Below, piece by piece: positions 28,901-37,930 of a stretch of DNA of 64,000 nucleotides (position 1 is the first letter of the stretch; the number at the start of each line of letters is the position of its first letter). Made by a program: the position numbers and the translations under genes. A model generated the notes under the pieces. The model was given only the letters and a program-made list of their open reading frames with translations, did not search any database and had not been told where the DNA came from. The stretch spans positions 30,070,001-30,134,000 of the forward strand of contig CAIIXF020000001.1 in assembly GCA_903813345.2 (NCBI GenBank), read 5' to 3'. This DNA is from Owenia fusiformis (taxonomy: Eukaryota).

Positions 28901-31900
28901 AAAAGAAAAATGTAATGACTCAGTTTAAATGTCCAACGATTGACTAAAGCATCAAGGTTCAGTTGACCAATGTCATTCACTTAACTATAGGTTCAATTCT
29001 CTTGGATATAAAACCCTCAACTACGGGTTCAACTATAGGTTCAATTCAATTACATGTAAAACTCTTCTTATTAAAGGGAATTGTCATAGTTTTAGAACAA
29101 TGCTACCCCCACCCTCATTTATTAACTAATTACTGATACTCAATATGGATTAATTAATAGGATTAAAGTTTCAGATCCTATATATACCAATGCTAACACA
29201 GTATGATCCAGTATTAAATCAAATTTCGGGAACAACAGATCACCACCAAATCAGCAAGAATTAAGAATCAATTGAGAAGAGCTCAGTCTCAAATAAATTA
29301 AAAATAGATAATGGCTCTCAGAAAACTCACCAAAGAAAGGAGTATGACACAATTTATTTAATTGATTAACATATGAAAATTTGATGATTGAAGATGATAC
29401 TTTTTCTCAAAAAGGGTTAAGCTTCAAACTACGGGTTTGACTATAGGTTCAAATAAATGAAAAAAATAATTTTATTTGTAATTGTAAAATTCAAATATTA
29501 TTAATATATTATTTTAATATTTAACAGGCACAGATTCAACTATGTGATTTATGTGAAATTATTAATTTGGAGAAAAACCACTTGCAACATATTTTTTCTG
29601 ATTATACATAGTTAGTCCTCAATATTTCATGTGAAATGTTGACATTAGGAAGAATATATAAGAAACTTGTGGCTAAATGGAGCAAAGTTAAGCAAAAACT
29701 GAAAAAGTTCAGGCATTTCGTGGCAAAGTGTGGCGGTTAAATAAACAAATACCAATTAAGAGAAGTAAACAAGTAAACAAACTCAGTAGGATATTTTGTT
29801 TAAATTTTGGCATATTAATATGTTAACCTGCAAATGTAGACAAACTATAGGTTCAATTATAGGTTCATTGAATAACATGTAAAACTCTCAACTACGGGTT
29901 TAACTATAGTTTCAATTCAATTACGTGTTAAACTCTCAACTACAGGTTCAACTATAGGTTCTATTCAAATACATGTAAAAATCTCAACTACAGGTTCAAC
30001 TATAAGCTCATTAAATAACATGTAAAACTCTCAACTACTGGTTCAACTATAGGTTCTATTCAGTTAAATTTAAAACTCTAAACTACGGGTTCAACTATAG
30101 GTTCTATTTTCAACTAAACTGACAAACTTTAGGTTCAATTATAGGTTCATTGAATAACATGTAAAACTCTCAACTACGGGTTCAACTATAGGTTCTATTC
30201 AATTAAATGTAAAACTCTAAACTACGGGTTCAAATATAGGATCTATTTTCAACTAAACTGACAAACTATAGGTTCAATTATAGGTTCATTGAATAACATG
30301 TAAAACTCTCAACTGTGGGTTTAACTATAGTTTCAATTCAATTACAAGTTAAACTCTCAACTACGGGTTCAACTATAGGTTCTATTCAATTACATGTAAA
30401 AATCTCAACTACGGGTTCAACTATAGGTTCATTGTATAACATGTAAAACTCTCAACTACGGGTTCAACTATAGGTTCAATTTTCAACTAAACTGACAAAC
30501 TATAGGTTCAATTATAGGTTCATTGAATAACATGTAAAACTCTCAACTACGGGTTAGACTATAGGTTCTATTCAATTAAATGTAAAACTCTAAACTACGG
30601 GTTCAAATATAGGATCTATTTTCAACTAAACTGACAAACTATAGGTTCAATTATAGGTTCATTGAATAACATGTAAAACTCTCAACTGTGGGTTTAACTA
30701 TAGTTTCAATTCAATTACATGTTAAACTCTCAACTACGGGTTCAACTATAGGTTCTATTCAATTACATGTTAAAATCTCAACTACGGGTTCAACTATAGG
30801 TTCATTGAATAACATGTAAAACTCTCAACTACGGGTTCAACTATAGGTTCTATTTTCAACTAAACTGACAAACTATAGGTTCAATTATAGGTTCATTGAA
30901 TAACATGTAAAACTCTCAACTACGGGTTCAACTATAGGTTCTATTCAATTAAATGTAAAACTCTAAACTACCATGACAGGTTCAACTATAGGTTCTTTTT
31001 TCAACTAAACTGACAAACTATAGATTCAATTATAGGTTCATTGAATAACATGTAAAACTCTCAACTATGGGTTAACTATAGTTTCAATTCAATTACATGT
31101 TAAACTCTCAACTACGGATTCAACCATAGGTTATATTCAATTACATGTAAAAATCTCAACTACGGGTTCAACTATAGGTTCATTGAATAACATGTAAAAC
31201 TCTTAACTACGGGTTTAACTATAGTTTCAATTCAATTACATGTTAAACTCTCAACTATGGGTTCAACTATAGGTTCTATTTAATTACATGTTAAACTCTC
31301 AACTACGGGTTCAACTATAGGTTCAATTCAGTTACATGTAAAACTCTCAACTACAGGTTCAACTATAGGTTCAATTACTTGTAAAACTTTCAACTACAGG
31401 TTCAATTTTCTACTATATACAGCTTTAACTACAGGTTCATTGATGCAGTTTTAGAATATGAAAATATGATCAACTCGAGATGTTGGTTTCCAAAAGAAAA
31501 TCTGCCTTTTCATAGTTTATTTGGTTAGGGCTCCTTAATGCTAAAAAACTGTCAGAAATGTAAAATAATAAAAATAGAATGAAAAAAAATCTAACCAGGT
31601 GAATTAAGGAGCATAAGTAAGTCCCTCTATTTTCTCTAAAATGTACTACATTTCATGTTAATTCATGTAACCACGATTCCCCATACTTAAACACAGTGGG
31701 AAAAACATGGCGGATTCATGTAAAAGCAAGACAAGAGTTACATGATTTTGCCACATTGTTCATGCTCTGCCACAGTTTGCCCTGTGTAAAAGTGGAGTAA
31801 AATCAAGAGTGCCATCTCTTGTTTTTACAACAACATGCCACGCCACACATGGGGCAAAATGAAGCGAACTAAAGTGAAGTAAAGTAAGAACATGTGCCCT

Positions 31901-34900
31901 CTTTCGCCACGCATGTAAAAACATGGGTTTTTTCCTAAGGGTTGTGACAAAAAGTACAATTGGTCAGCAGTTTACCAATACGATACAAAATTCCGAATAA
32001 AATTAGGAGCTACCAAATCATTCAAATTTAGCACTATAGACACATATTTGTACACAACTAATTTGGATGCATCTGCTGTGAAACAATCAACAACAAGATG
32101 TTATCGATGCAAAGGAGACCACCTTGTATCTAATTGTCCTTTTCGTGAGGACAACAAGGTGGAAACAAATAAAACGTCGGAGAAAACAAAGATTGGTGAC
32201 AAAACTGGAGAAGTATGCAACAAATATCAATATGGTGAGTGCAGTTTCGGAGAGCGATGCTTCAGAAAACATGTGTGCAAAAATTGTAAATCTAAAAAGT
32301 TGCCTTACACAAAATGTGATTGCACAAAATCCATTGGAAATAATGCAGTATAATCCCCTGAATTTAGATTACATAAGCCATGCTCTTCAATATCATCCTG
32401 ATAAGGAATTTGTGTCTAGAATACTACATGATGGAAAATTTGGTGTCAATATTGGTTACAAAGGTCCAAGGATCACTAGAGTACACTCAAACTGGAAATC
32501 TACTCAAATTTACAGAGAAGCTGTGGAGGCGAATTTATTCAAAGAAATAAAAAATGGTCGAAAAGCAGGACCTTTTATAAATAAACCGTTTCAAAACTTT
32601 GTCGGATCCCCGATGGGTGTATTTCCTAAAAGACACTCGTTCCCTGTTAAGTACAGGATAATACATGACTTATCGTGGCCACCCGGCATATCTGTAAATG
32701 ACTTTATATCCAAGGATGAATATTCATGTTCTTATATATCAGTGGATGATGCAATATCGTTAATTAAGATCAATGGACAAAACAGTTTAATGAGTAAATT
32801 GGACCTTACAGATGCTTTTAAACATATACCAGTTAGGAGAGAAGATTGGGAACTTTTGGGTACAACATGGACCATGAAAAATGAGATTAATGATGAAGAT
32901 GTAACTGTGTATTTTGTAGACTTAGTATTACCATTTGGGTGCCGTAGTTCTCCCAAGCTATTTTGTGACTTTGCTGAAATGTTAAGATTCATAATGTCAA
33001 TGAATGGTGCATCAAACTGTATAAATTATATCGATGACTACTTCACATGTGGTCCACCCGATTCTAATGTATGTATGAATAATCTGAACACTATGCTCAG
33101 TACTTGTGAAAAAGTTGGATTTTCATGCAATATAAATAAAACTGTACAGCCTACAACATGCATTGATTTCCTAGGCATGGAAATTGACTCTGAAAAAATG
33201 GAAATTCGAATATCTATGGAAAAATTAACTGACATACATCATCAGTTAAAACAGTGGAGATATAGACAGAAAGCAACAAAAAGGGAAGTGTTATCCCTTA
33301 TAGGGAAACTAAATTTTATATGTCGAGTCGTACATTCAGGTCGCACATTTCTTCGGAGAATGATTGACTTGTCTACAAAAGTGAAACACCTACACCATAA
33401 AATTAAGCTTAACAAAAGTTTCAGAGCTGACATATCTTGGTGGATAAAATATTTACCAGAGTGGAACGGGATATCGCTCTTTTATGATGATGAATGGATC
33501 ACAAATGAATCTTTGGATCTTTTCACGGATGCATCTGACAAAGGATATGGTGCATATTATCAAGGGCAATGGATAGCAGGAGTATTTGATAAACATGATA
33601 GAAACCATGATATTGCATGGAAAGAGATGAAAGCCATAGTGGTAGCTATAGCAACATGGAGCCAGGAATTTAAACAAAAGAAAATTATGTTAAACTGTGA
33701 CAATATGGCTATAGTACATGCAATTAACAAAGGTTCTTGTAAAAACAAACATATAATGTCATTAATAAGGGCATTATTTTACTATTGTGCTATCAATCAG
33801 TGTGAATGTAGGAGTCAACACATCCCTGGAGTATCAAACTCTTTAGCTGATGCATTAAGTAGGAATCAAATGGATAGATTCTACAAAATGACTGAATCAA
33901 TATCCATGAAACAATGCATTCCTGTTAAGTTGCAGGAATTTTATTAATACCCATAATAGTCTTATATGAATGATGGGTTTATTTATATCTATGGACTTTC
34001 TTATTTTAACAGTGTGATTAAGTATAATACTGATTTTAATAAGCCAGTGTGTATTTCTACTATACTATGTCTATGATTAATTAAATATGTATTGCTCAAA
34101 AGTATTTATTATATGTGTTTTAGGGCACTTGGACTGTGAAGGGTTAAAAAAGAGGTCAGATGAATTGGTAAAAAGAGGGCTACGTCCTACAACTATTAAA
34201 ACTTATGCATCAGAACAGAAGTCTTTTATTGAATTTTGCGAAAAGGTCAAACATGAATACCTTCCTGCATCAGAGGAAACTTTATTAATGTTTATCACAT
34301 ATAGTTTTGAAAAGAATTTAAAACATGGTACAATTTTAAGTTACTTATACGCAATAAGATCACTTCATTTGGAACATGGATTCATAGATCCAATCGAAAA
34401 TTCTTTCAAAATCAAAAGAGCTTTGAGAGCAGTATTAATGGAACAAGATAACACTAATAAAAAATCTGCAATTACAGCAGATATTATGTATAAACTATTA
34501 GAGATGCATAATGTAAATGATAGAAATGAACTTATGTATATAACAGCAATGACTGTGGCCTTTTATGGTCTTTTAAGATGTTCAGAGTTACTGAATTTGA
34601 ATATCACAGATGTCCACATAGAGCAACCTGATGGTGAACATTTGAAACACATGGTTCTCAGATTGAACATATCAAAAACAGATCCTATTGGTAAAGGCTC
34701 TGATGTCACCATTGGTTGCACTAATAAACCTCTGTGTGCAGTTTGTCTTACAGAATTTTATCTCGAAAATAGAGGTTCACAATCCAGGCAATGTTTATTT
34801 TTGCATAGCAATGGTCTGCAATTGAATAGAGGTACATTCATATCTCATCTAAAGTTGTACATGTCAATTTTGAGTTATGATCCCAATAAATTCAGTGGTC

Positions 34901-37481
34901 ATTCATTTCGAATAGGAGGAGCCACACAGGCTGGTATTGCAGGTTTAAAAGACTGGGAAGTAAAAATCATGGGCCGTTGGGCCAGCAACTGTTATCAAGA
35001 ATATATACGTACACCCAAAAAGGTACTATGTAATTTATCAAATCGTCTCATTGACAATTTATAGAAGCAAGATAGATTATCGGATGTTGGGCGGTGTTTG
35101 GGCGGTTTTCATATATTGCCTTGCATTGTAAACAACTTGCATTGGCAATATGAATCAATATGATATGTTTTGTAATATGTGTTTTGTAATAAGATTTATT
35201 AATTAAAAATAAATCCGCTCATTTTAAGCCCAACATCCATGTTTTGTATTATATTTCAGAATATTACACATTAATGTATATTTATATTATAAATTAATTT
35301 TAATGTAAGAGATGTATGAAATATCCCCGGGGATCAACATTCGTTCAGTGTAAAATTGCACTCTGGGCGGAAGTTCGCTGGGGGTCTTGAAAAAATGATT
35401 TTCCTCTCCCACCCTCCCAAATTTAGAGGGGTAGGTTGTATTTTATTAAATGTATATACGTTTATCATAGGGCGGTTTTTATATATTGCCTTGCATTGTA
35501 AACAACTTGCAAGTAGATCCATTTCTAATATCAGGAAAAACATATACAGTTAACTCTTCCAGAGCATCTACTTCAATGTAGGACTCCAAGTATGTGATTA
35601 AAATGATGCTAAAATAAACTAGAACACAAACCTGCTTCTAGAAGTCTGCCTTATTGGGCTTATTTCACTGTCAGAATCTGACCTAGCCTCCCCCTCCCCA
35701 CTGGATCCAGGGGAACAGCCCCCATCTTCATAGTGTTTGCCTTTCCTTGGTAGCTCAATTGGGTGGCCCACAAGGGTGATATAGCCATCTTGATCTTCAT
35801 GGGATGAAACCTCTATTAAACCTGTAAATGTGAAAGATGTATTACTGATGTGTAATATCTTATAAACATGTACATGTACAAAAGTAGGGAAAACCCCAGA
35901 GCTTTGAGACATAATTACGTCTCTTGCCTATCACCTTAATTTGTTCAAATTTTACTGGCTAGTTTCCACACCACACAATGTTGTGATGTTTTACTCAATG
36001 TTAGTATATTCCTTACATCTTTCTTTATCTTGATGTGAACTAACAAGCTATGATATTGATCAACATGCCAGAAATTAACAAGTGTTTTTAGAAAATTTTG
36101 AAACAACCATTGAATGACGTCATTTTCTATGGATTTGACCAATCAGCGACGATGTCTTCTCAATACAACTTTACATTATAGACATATGTCTTTTTTGAAC
36201 CCTGAGGGTTCCCCCCTCTTTACGTTGTAAATATACCAATAGCCTTGACATTTATTGGGCCTGATAAAAATAATTGAATTATGAGAAAAATCTTGAAGCT
36301 GACATTCATTTTGTATGAATTTAAAAGCCACTCTATTGACCTTAACCTTAAATTAAAAAATTGTCTGTCCTCAAAATAGAGATCATTCACCTAAGCTCAA
36401 AATAAGTCAAATCCAGTGATCTCCTCAGGATTTTGTCTCAGGTGGGTGCAAAATTCTCATTTTCACAATTCAGAATTCAAGTCAATCCAAAATTGGTCAA
36501 AACATGCCAATTTTTCATTATTTTTCTCATTTTCAAGAGGGTGCAAATGGATTTTCAGGTGGGTGCAAGCCTATTTTCAAAATCCCAGGTGGGTGCTGCG
36601 CCCACTTCCTTGGGTCAAAATATCTTCAATATGTACCTCTATATTCAGGAATGAAGTGTCCCATGGCTGAGGGCAGGGTCTGATAAAGGTGATGTTCCCT
36701 GGGTATGTACGGCTTACAGACTGTTGTATCATTGTAAAGTAGCATGCTAGAGTGGCCTCCAACCTGGTGCATGAAAGGCTCGAGTTGTACAGAATCCCGA
36801 GCCTCCCCTGTAGCCAGCCCACTCATGTCCTGTTGAGACCCACATAAATCTCTTCTACACAATACTGAAATAAGAAAAATTCACATTAACACATATTCGC
36901 CACATGCTACTTAATCATATTATATTAAAGTTAAATGCTGGAACAATTCCCATATGTTGTATAATCCAACAAATATTGCTTTTAGTGACTTAAAATGTTG
37001 CTAAAGGGAAAAACTGCACTTAACAATCAAAAATTTACGAAAAAGTGTTCACTATAGAAAGATGTTCACATGGCTCCATATGTAATAGCATTAGGACTGG
37101 AGCAATGATTTGAGAAGTGATCAGCTTTAGATCATATAAATTTTATGATATCAATCTTTTAAAAAGTAAATTTTGAGTAACATTTTATTTTAGTAATGAA
37201 GTCACGAAGCAATATTAATTTTGCAACAGACATTAAACATGAAATTATATACACTTCATTGTTAATCAATTTTGAGGCCTGCGGGTATATGAGTACCTTT
37301 AATTCAAATAAAGACTGGTATTAAATTGATAACAGATAGGCTTACCACAGGTTGCCTGTAAGCAGCTGGTCCTGTTATCTAATTTGCTTCTGTTTTCTTT
37401 CGCTTGTTCTTGGTTCTGGTTCTCTTCAGCTGTATCCCTCAAGTCCCTCTTGTTAATGTGTTCTTTAGTTTTTATTTTCAT
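16971..37481 (-). CDS. IP6K: inositol hexakisphosphate kinase (IP6K family)
   Basis: Exons with compatible phases: 37346-37481 (possible N-terminal extension; exon acceptor at 37537), 36637-36864 ([38 protein letters not shown]...FIPEYRG), 35632-35821, 18200-18345 (HNPWSLQCH), 17722-17897 ([35 protein letters not shown], the PxxxDxKxG inositol kinase motif), 16971-17570 ([36 protein letters not shown]). The start could be ATG 37481 or ATG 36826. Confidence 0.93.
17898..18199 (-). other. U12-type (minor spliceosome) GT-AG intron in IP6K
   Basis: 5' splice site reads GTATCCTTT on the minus strand. A branch-like TTCCTTATC lies ~10 nt upstream of the CAG acceptor, with no long pyrimidine tract. 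Confidence 0.8.
18588..19263 (+). pseudogene. gag-like ORF of the YR retrotransposon, 5' part (interrupted)
   Basis: MSETEE... with CSMC..H..C motif and [14 protein letters not shown] / [12 protein letters not shown] gag-like motifs. The ORF-track tail after ...HIQD is foldback TIR sequence. Confidence 0.85.
19790..23310 (+). repeat. tandem array of 12-bp subunits (TTGAACCYRTAG) in ~47-48 bp units, left arm
   Basis: Unit approximately GAACCTATAGTTGAACCCGTAGTTGAGAGTTTTACATGTAATTGAATT, with recurring variant units. Confidence 0.95.
24473..24612. mobile_element. ~140-bp palindromic MITE (Harbinger-like) in the left arm of the foldback
   Basis: TGCCTTGGTCACATAGGCTCCGAT / ATCGGAGCATATGTGACCCAGGCA TIRs, internal CGGCGCCCGGCCGATTGAGT / ACTCAATCGGCCGGGCGCCG, and TAA/TTA flanks. 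Absent from the mirror sites at ~26470 and ~28565. Confidence 0.8.
24790..28400. repeat. inner arrays of the same 12/48-bp repeat; orientation flips at ~26145
   Basis: Forward units 24790-26140. Reverse units 26145-26300 and 26890-28400. Confidence 0.9.
29840..31410 (-). repeat. tandem 12/48-bp array, right arm (reverse orientation)
   Basis: CTACGGGTTCAACTATAGGTTC units; shorter (~1.6 kb) than its ~3.5 kb mirror in the left arm. Confidence 0.95.
31944..32353 (+). pseudogene. gag-like ORF, 3' part (CCHC knuckle and CCCH finger)
   Basis: Removing 19264-31941 plus one TT restores one frame: [22 protein letters not shown]...[14 protein letters not shown]...[19 protein letters not shown]...stop at 32353 (361 aa in total). 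Confidence 0.88.
32124..33947 (+). CDS. reverse transcriptase / RNase H of the YR retrotransposon
   Basis: [41 protein letters not shown]; RNase [39 protein letters not shown]. Overlaps the gag 3' end in a different frame. The true start is uncertain. Confidence 0.95.
   Translation: MYLIVLFVRTTRWKQIKRRRKQRLVTKLEKYATNINMVSAVSESDASENMCAKIVNLKSCLTQNVIAQNPLEIMQYNPLNLDYISHALQYHPDKEFVSRILHDGKFGVNIGYKGPRITRVHSNWKSTQIYREAVEANLFKEIKNGRKAGPFINKPFQNFVGSPMGVFPKRHSFPVKYRIIHDLSWPPGISVNDFISKDEYSCSYISVDDAISLIKINGQNSLMSKLDLTDAFKHIPVRREDWELLGTTWTMKNEINDEDVTVYFVDLVLPFGCRSSPKLFCDFAEMLRFIMSMNGASNCINYIDDYFTCGPPDSNVCMNNLNTMLSTCEKVGFSCNINKTVQPTTCIDFLGMEIDSEKMEIRISMEKLTDIHHQLKQWRYRQKATKREVLSLIGKLNFICRVVHSGRTFLRRMIDLSTKVKHLHHKIKLNKSFRADISWWIKYLPEWNGISLFYDDEWITNESLDLFTDASDKGYGAYYQGQWIAGVFDKHDRNHDIAWKEMKAIVVAIATWSQEFKQKKIMLNCDNMAIVHAINKGSCKNKHIMSLIRALFYYCAINQCECRSQHIPGVSNSLADALSRNQMDRFYKMTESISMKQCIPVKLQEFY
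34087..35064 (+). CDS. tyrosine recombinase (integrase) of the YR retrotransposon
   Basis: Catalytic set R ([10 protein letters not shown]), K (SKTDPIGKG), HxxR ([11 protein letters not shown]), W/Y ([14 protein letters not shown]). Confidence 0.95.
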   Translation: MYCSKVFIICVLGHLDCEGLKKRSDELVKRGLRPTTIKTYASEQKSFIEFCEKVKHEYLPASEETLLMFITYSFEKNLKHGTILSYLYAIRSLHLEHGFIDPIENSFKIKRALRAVLMEQDNTNKKSAITADIMYKLLEMHNVNDRNELMYITAMTVAFYGLLRCSELLNLNITDVHIEQPDGEHLKHMVLRLNISKTDPIGKGSDVTIGCTNKPLCAVCLTEFYLENRGSQSRQCLFLHSNGLQLNRGTFISHLKLYMSILSYDPNKFSGHSFRIGGATQAGIAGLKDWEVKIMGRWASNCYQEYIRTPKKVLCNLSNRLIDNL

Positions 37482-37930
37482 CTGTCCCCAAATATCTACA
37501 CCAACTTTTTGTAGTCTTATCTTGTCTACCTTTTTAGCTGAAATTAATCAAAAAAAATATAAATAGCCTAGTATTGGCACACTAAGCCATAATTAGAAAA
37601 TGATATATTGGCTCTTTACTGGTATGGGGTCATTTATCAATGCACAAGGTAACTTAAATTCACAATAATCAATCACTATAAATAAGAGGACAAATAAAAA
37701 ACTAAATCACAGACCTACATGAAAAATATAGAAGAAAGTACTGTACCAACATTCTCCCCAGGATTTTTTAAGTGCAAAATTCTCATTTTCACATTCCAGG
37801 TCAAAATATGTCCATTTTTCATGATTTTTCTCATTTTCAAGTGAGTGAAAATGGGTTTTCAGGTGGGTGCAAGCCTGTATTAAAAATCTTGGTGCAGCAC
37901 CCACTTGCTTTAATGCTGGGGAGATCACTG
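36414..37930. repeat. two copies (~36414-36615 and ~37750-37930) of a short hAT-like interspersed element in IP6K 5' introns
   Basis: Shared GTGCAAAATTCTCATTTTCAC...GGTCAAAA...TTTTCAGGTGGGTGCAAGCCT; CAGTGATCTCC / GGAGATCACTG terminal motifs. Confidence 0.55.

Larger units (their letters stand above)
19264..31941. mobile_element. giant (12.7 kb) non-autonomous foldback DNA transposon, probably CMC/EnSpm-like
   Basis: Termini CCCTTAGGAAAAAACCCATG / CATGGGTTTTTTCCTAAGGG. 2-bp TSD TT (19262-19263, 31942-31943), confirmed by gag frame restoration. ~530-bp near-identical outer TIRs, and mirror symmetry continuing to ~25890 / ~27030. No transposase ORF seen. The superfamily is inferred from the ends and TSD only. 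Confidence 0.9.
18401..35511 (+). mobile_element. Ngaro/PAT-type tyrosine-recombinase (DIRS-order) retrotransposon, interrupted by a foldback element
   Basis: Order is gag, RT/RNase H, YR, with no methyltransferase ORF. Split direct repeats: A1 18401-18530 = A2 35273-35402 (130 bp, identical by eye) and B1 35100-35141 ~ B2 35470-35511 (42 bp, 1 mismatch), in A1...B1-A2-B2 order. Confidence 0.9.

Noticed and set aside
19790-31410. CRISPR-like repeat/spacer appearance of the arrays
   Set aside because: The intervening segments are a few recurring variants rather than unique spacers; eukaryotic context; no cas genes.
19264-31941. piggyBac assignment of the foldback because of its CCC...GGG ends
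   Set aside because: Flanks are GATT and TTGT, not TTAA. Gag frame restoration fits a 2-bp duplication.
34087-35064. Phage/bacterial integrase (contamination or HGT), or a bacterial retron/RT system
   Set aside because: It is part of a gag-RT/RNase H-YR unit with split direct repeats inside a spliceosomal intron, i.e. a DIRS-order retrotransposon.
36414-37930. Single TIR element capturing IP6K exons (CAGTGATCTCC...GGAGATCACTG)
   Set aside because: The interiors show two separate same-orientation copies and there is no shared TSD.
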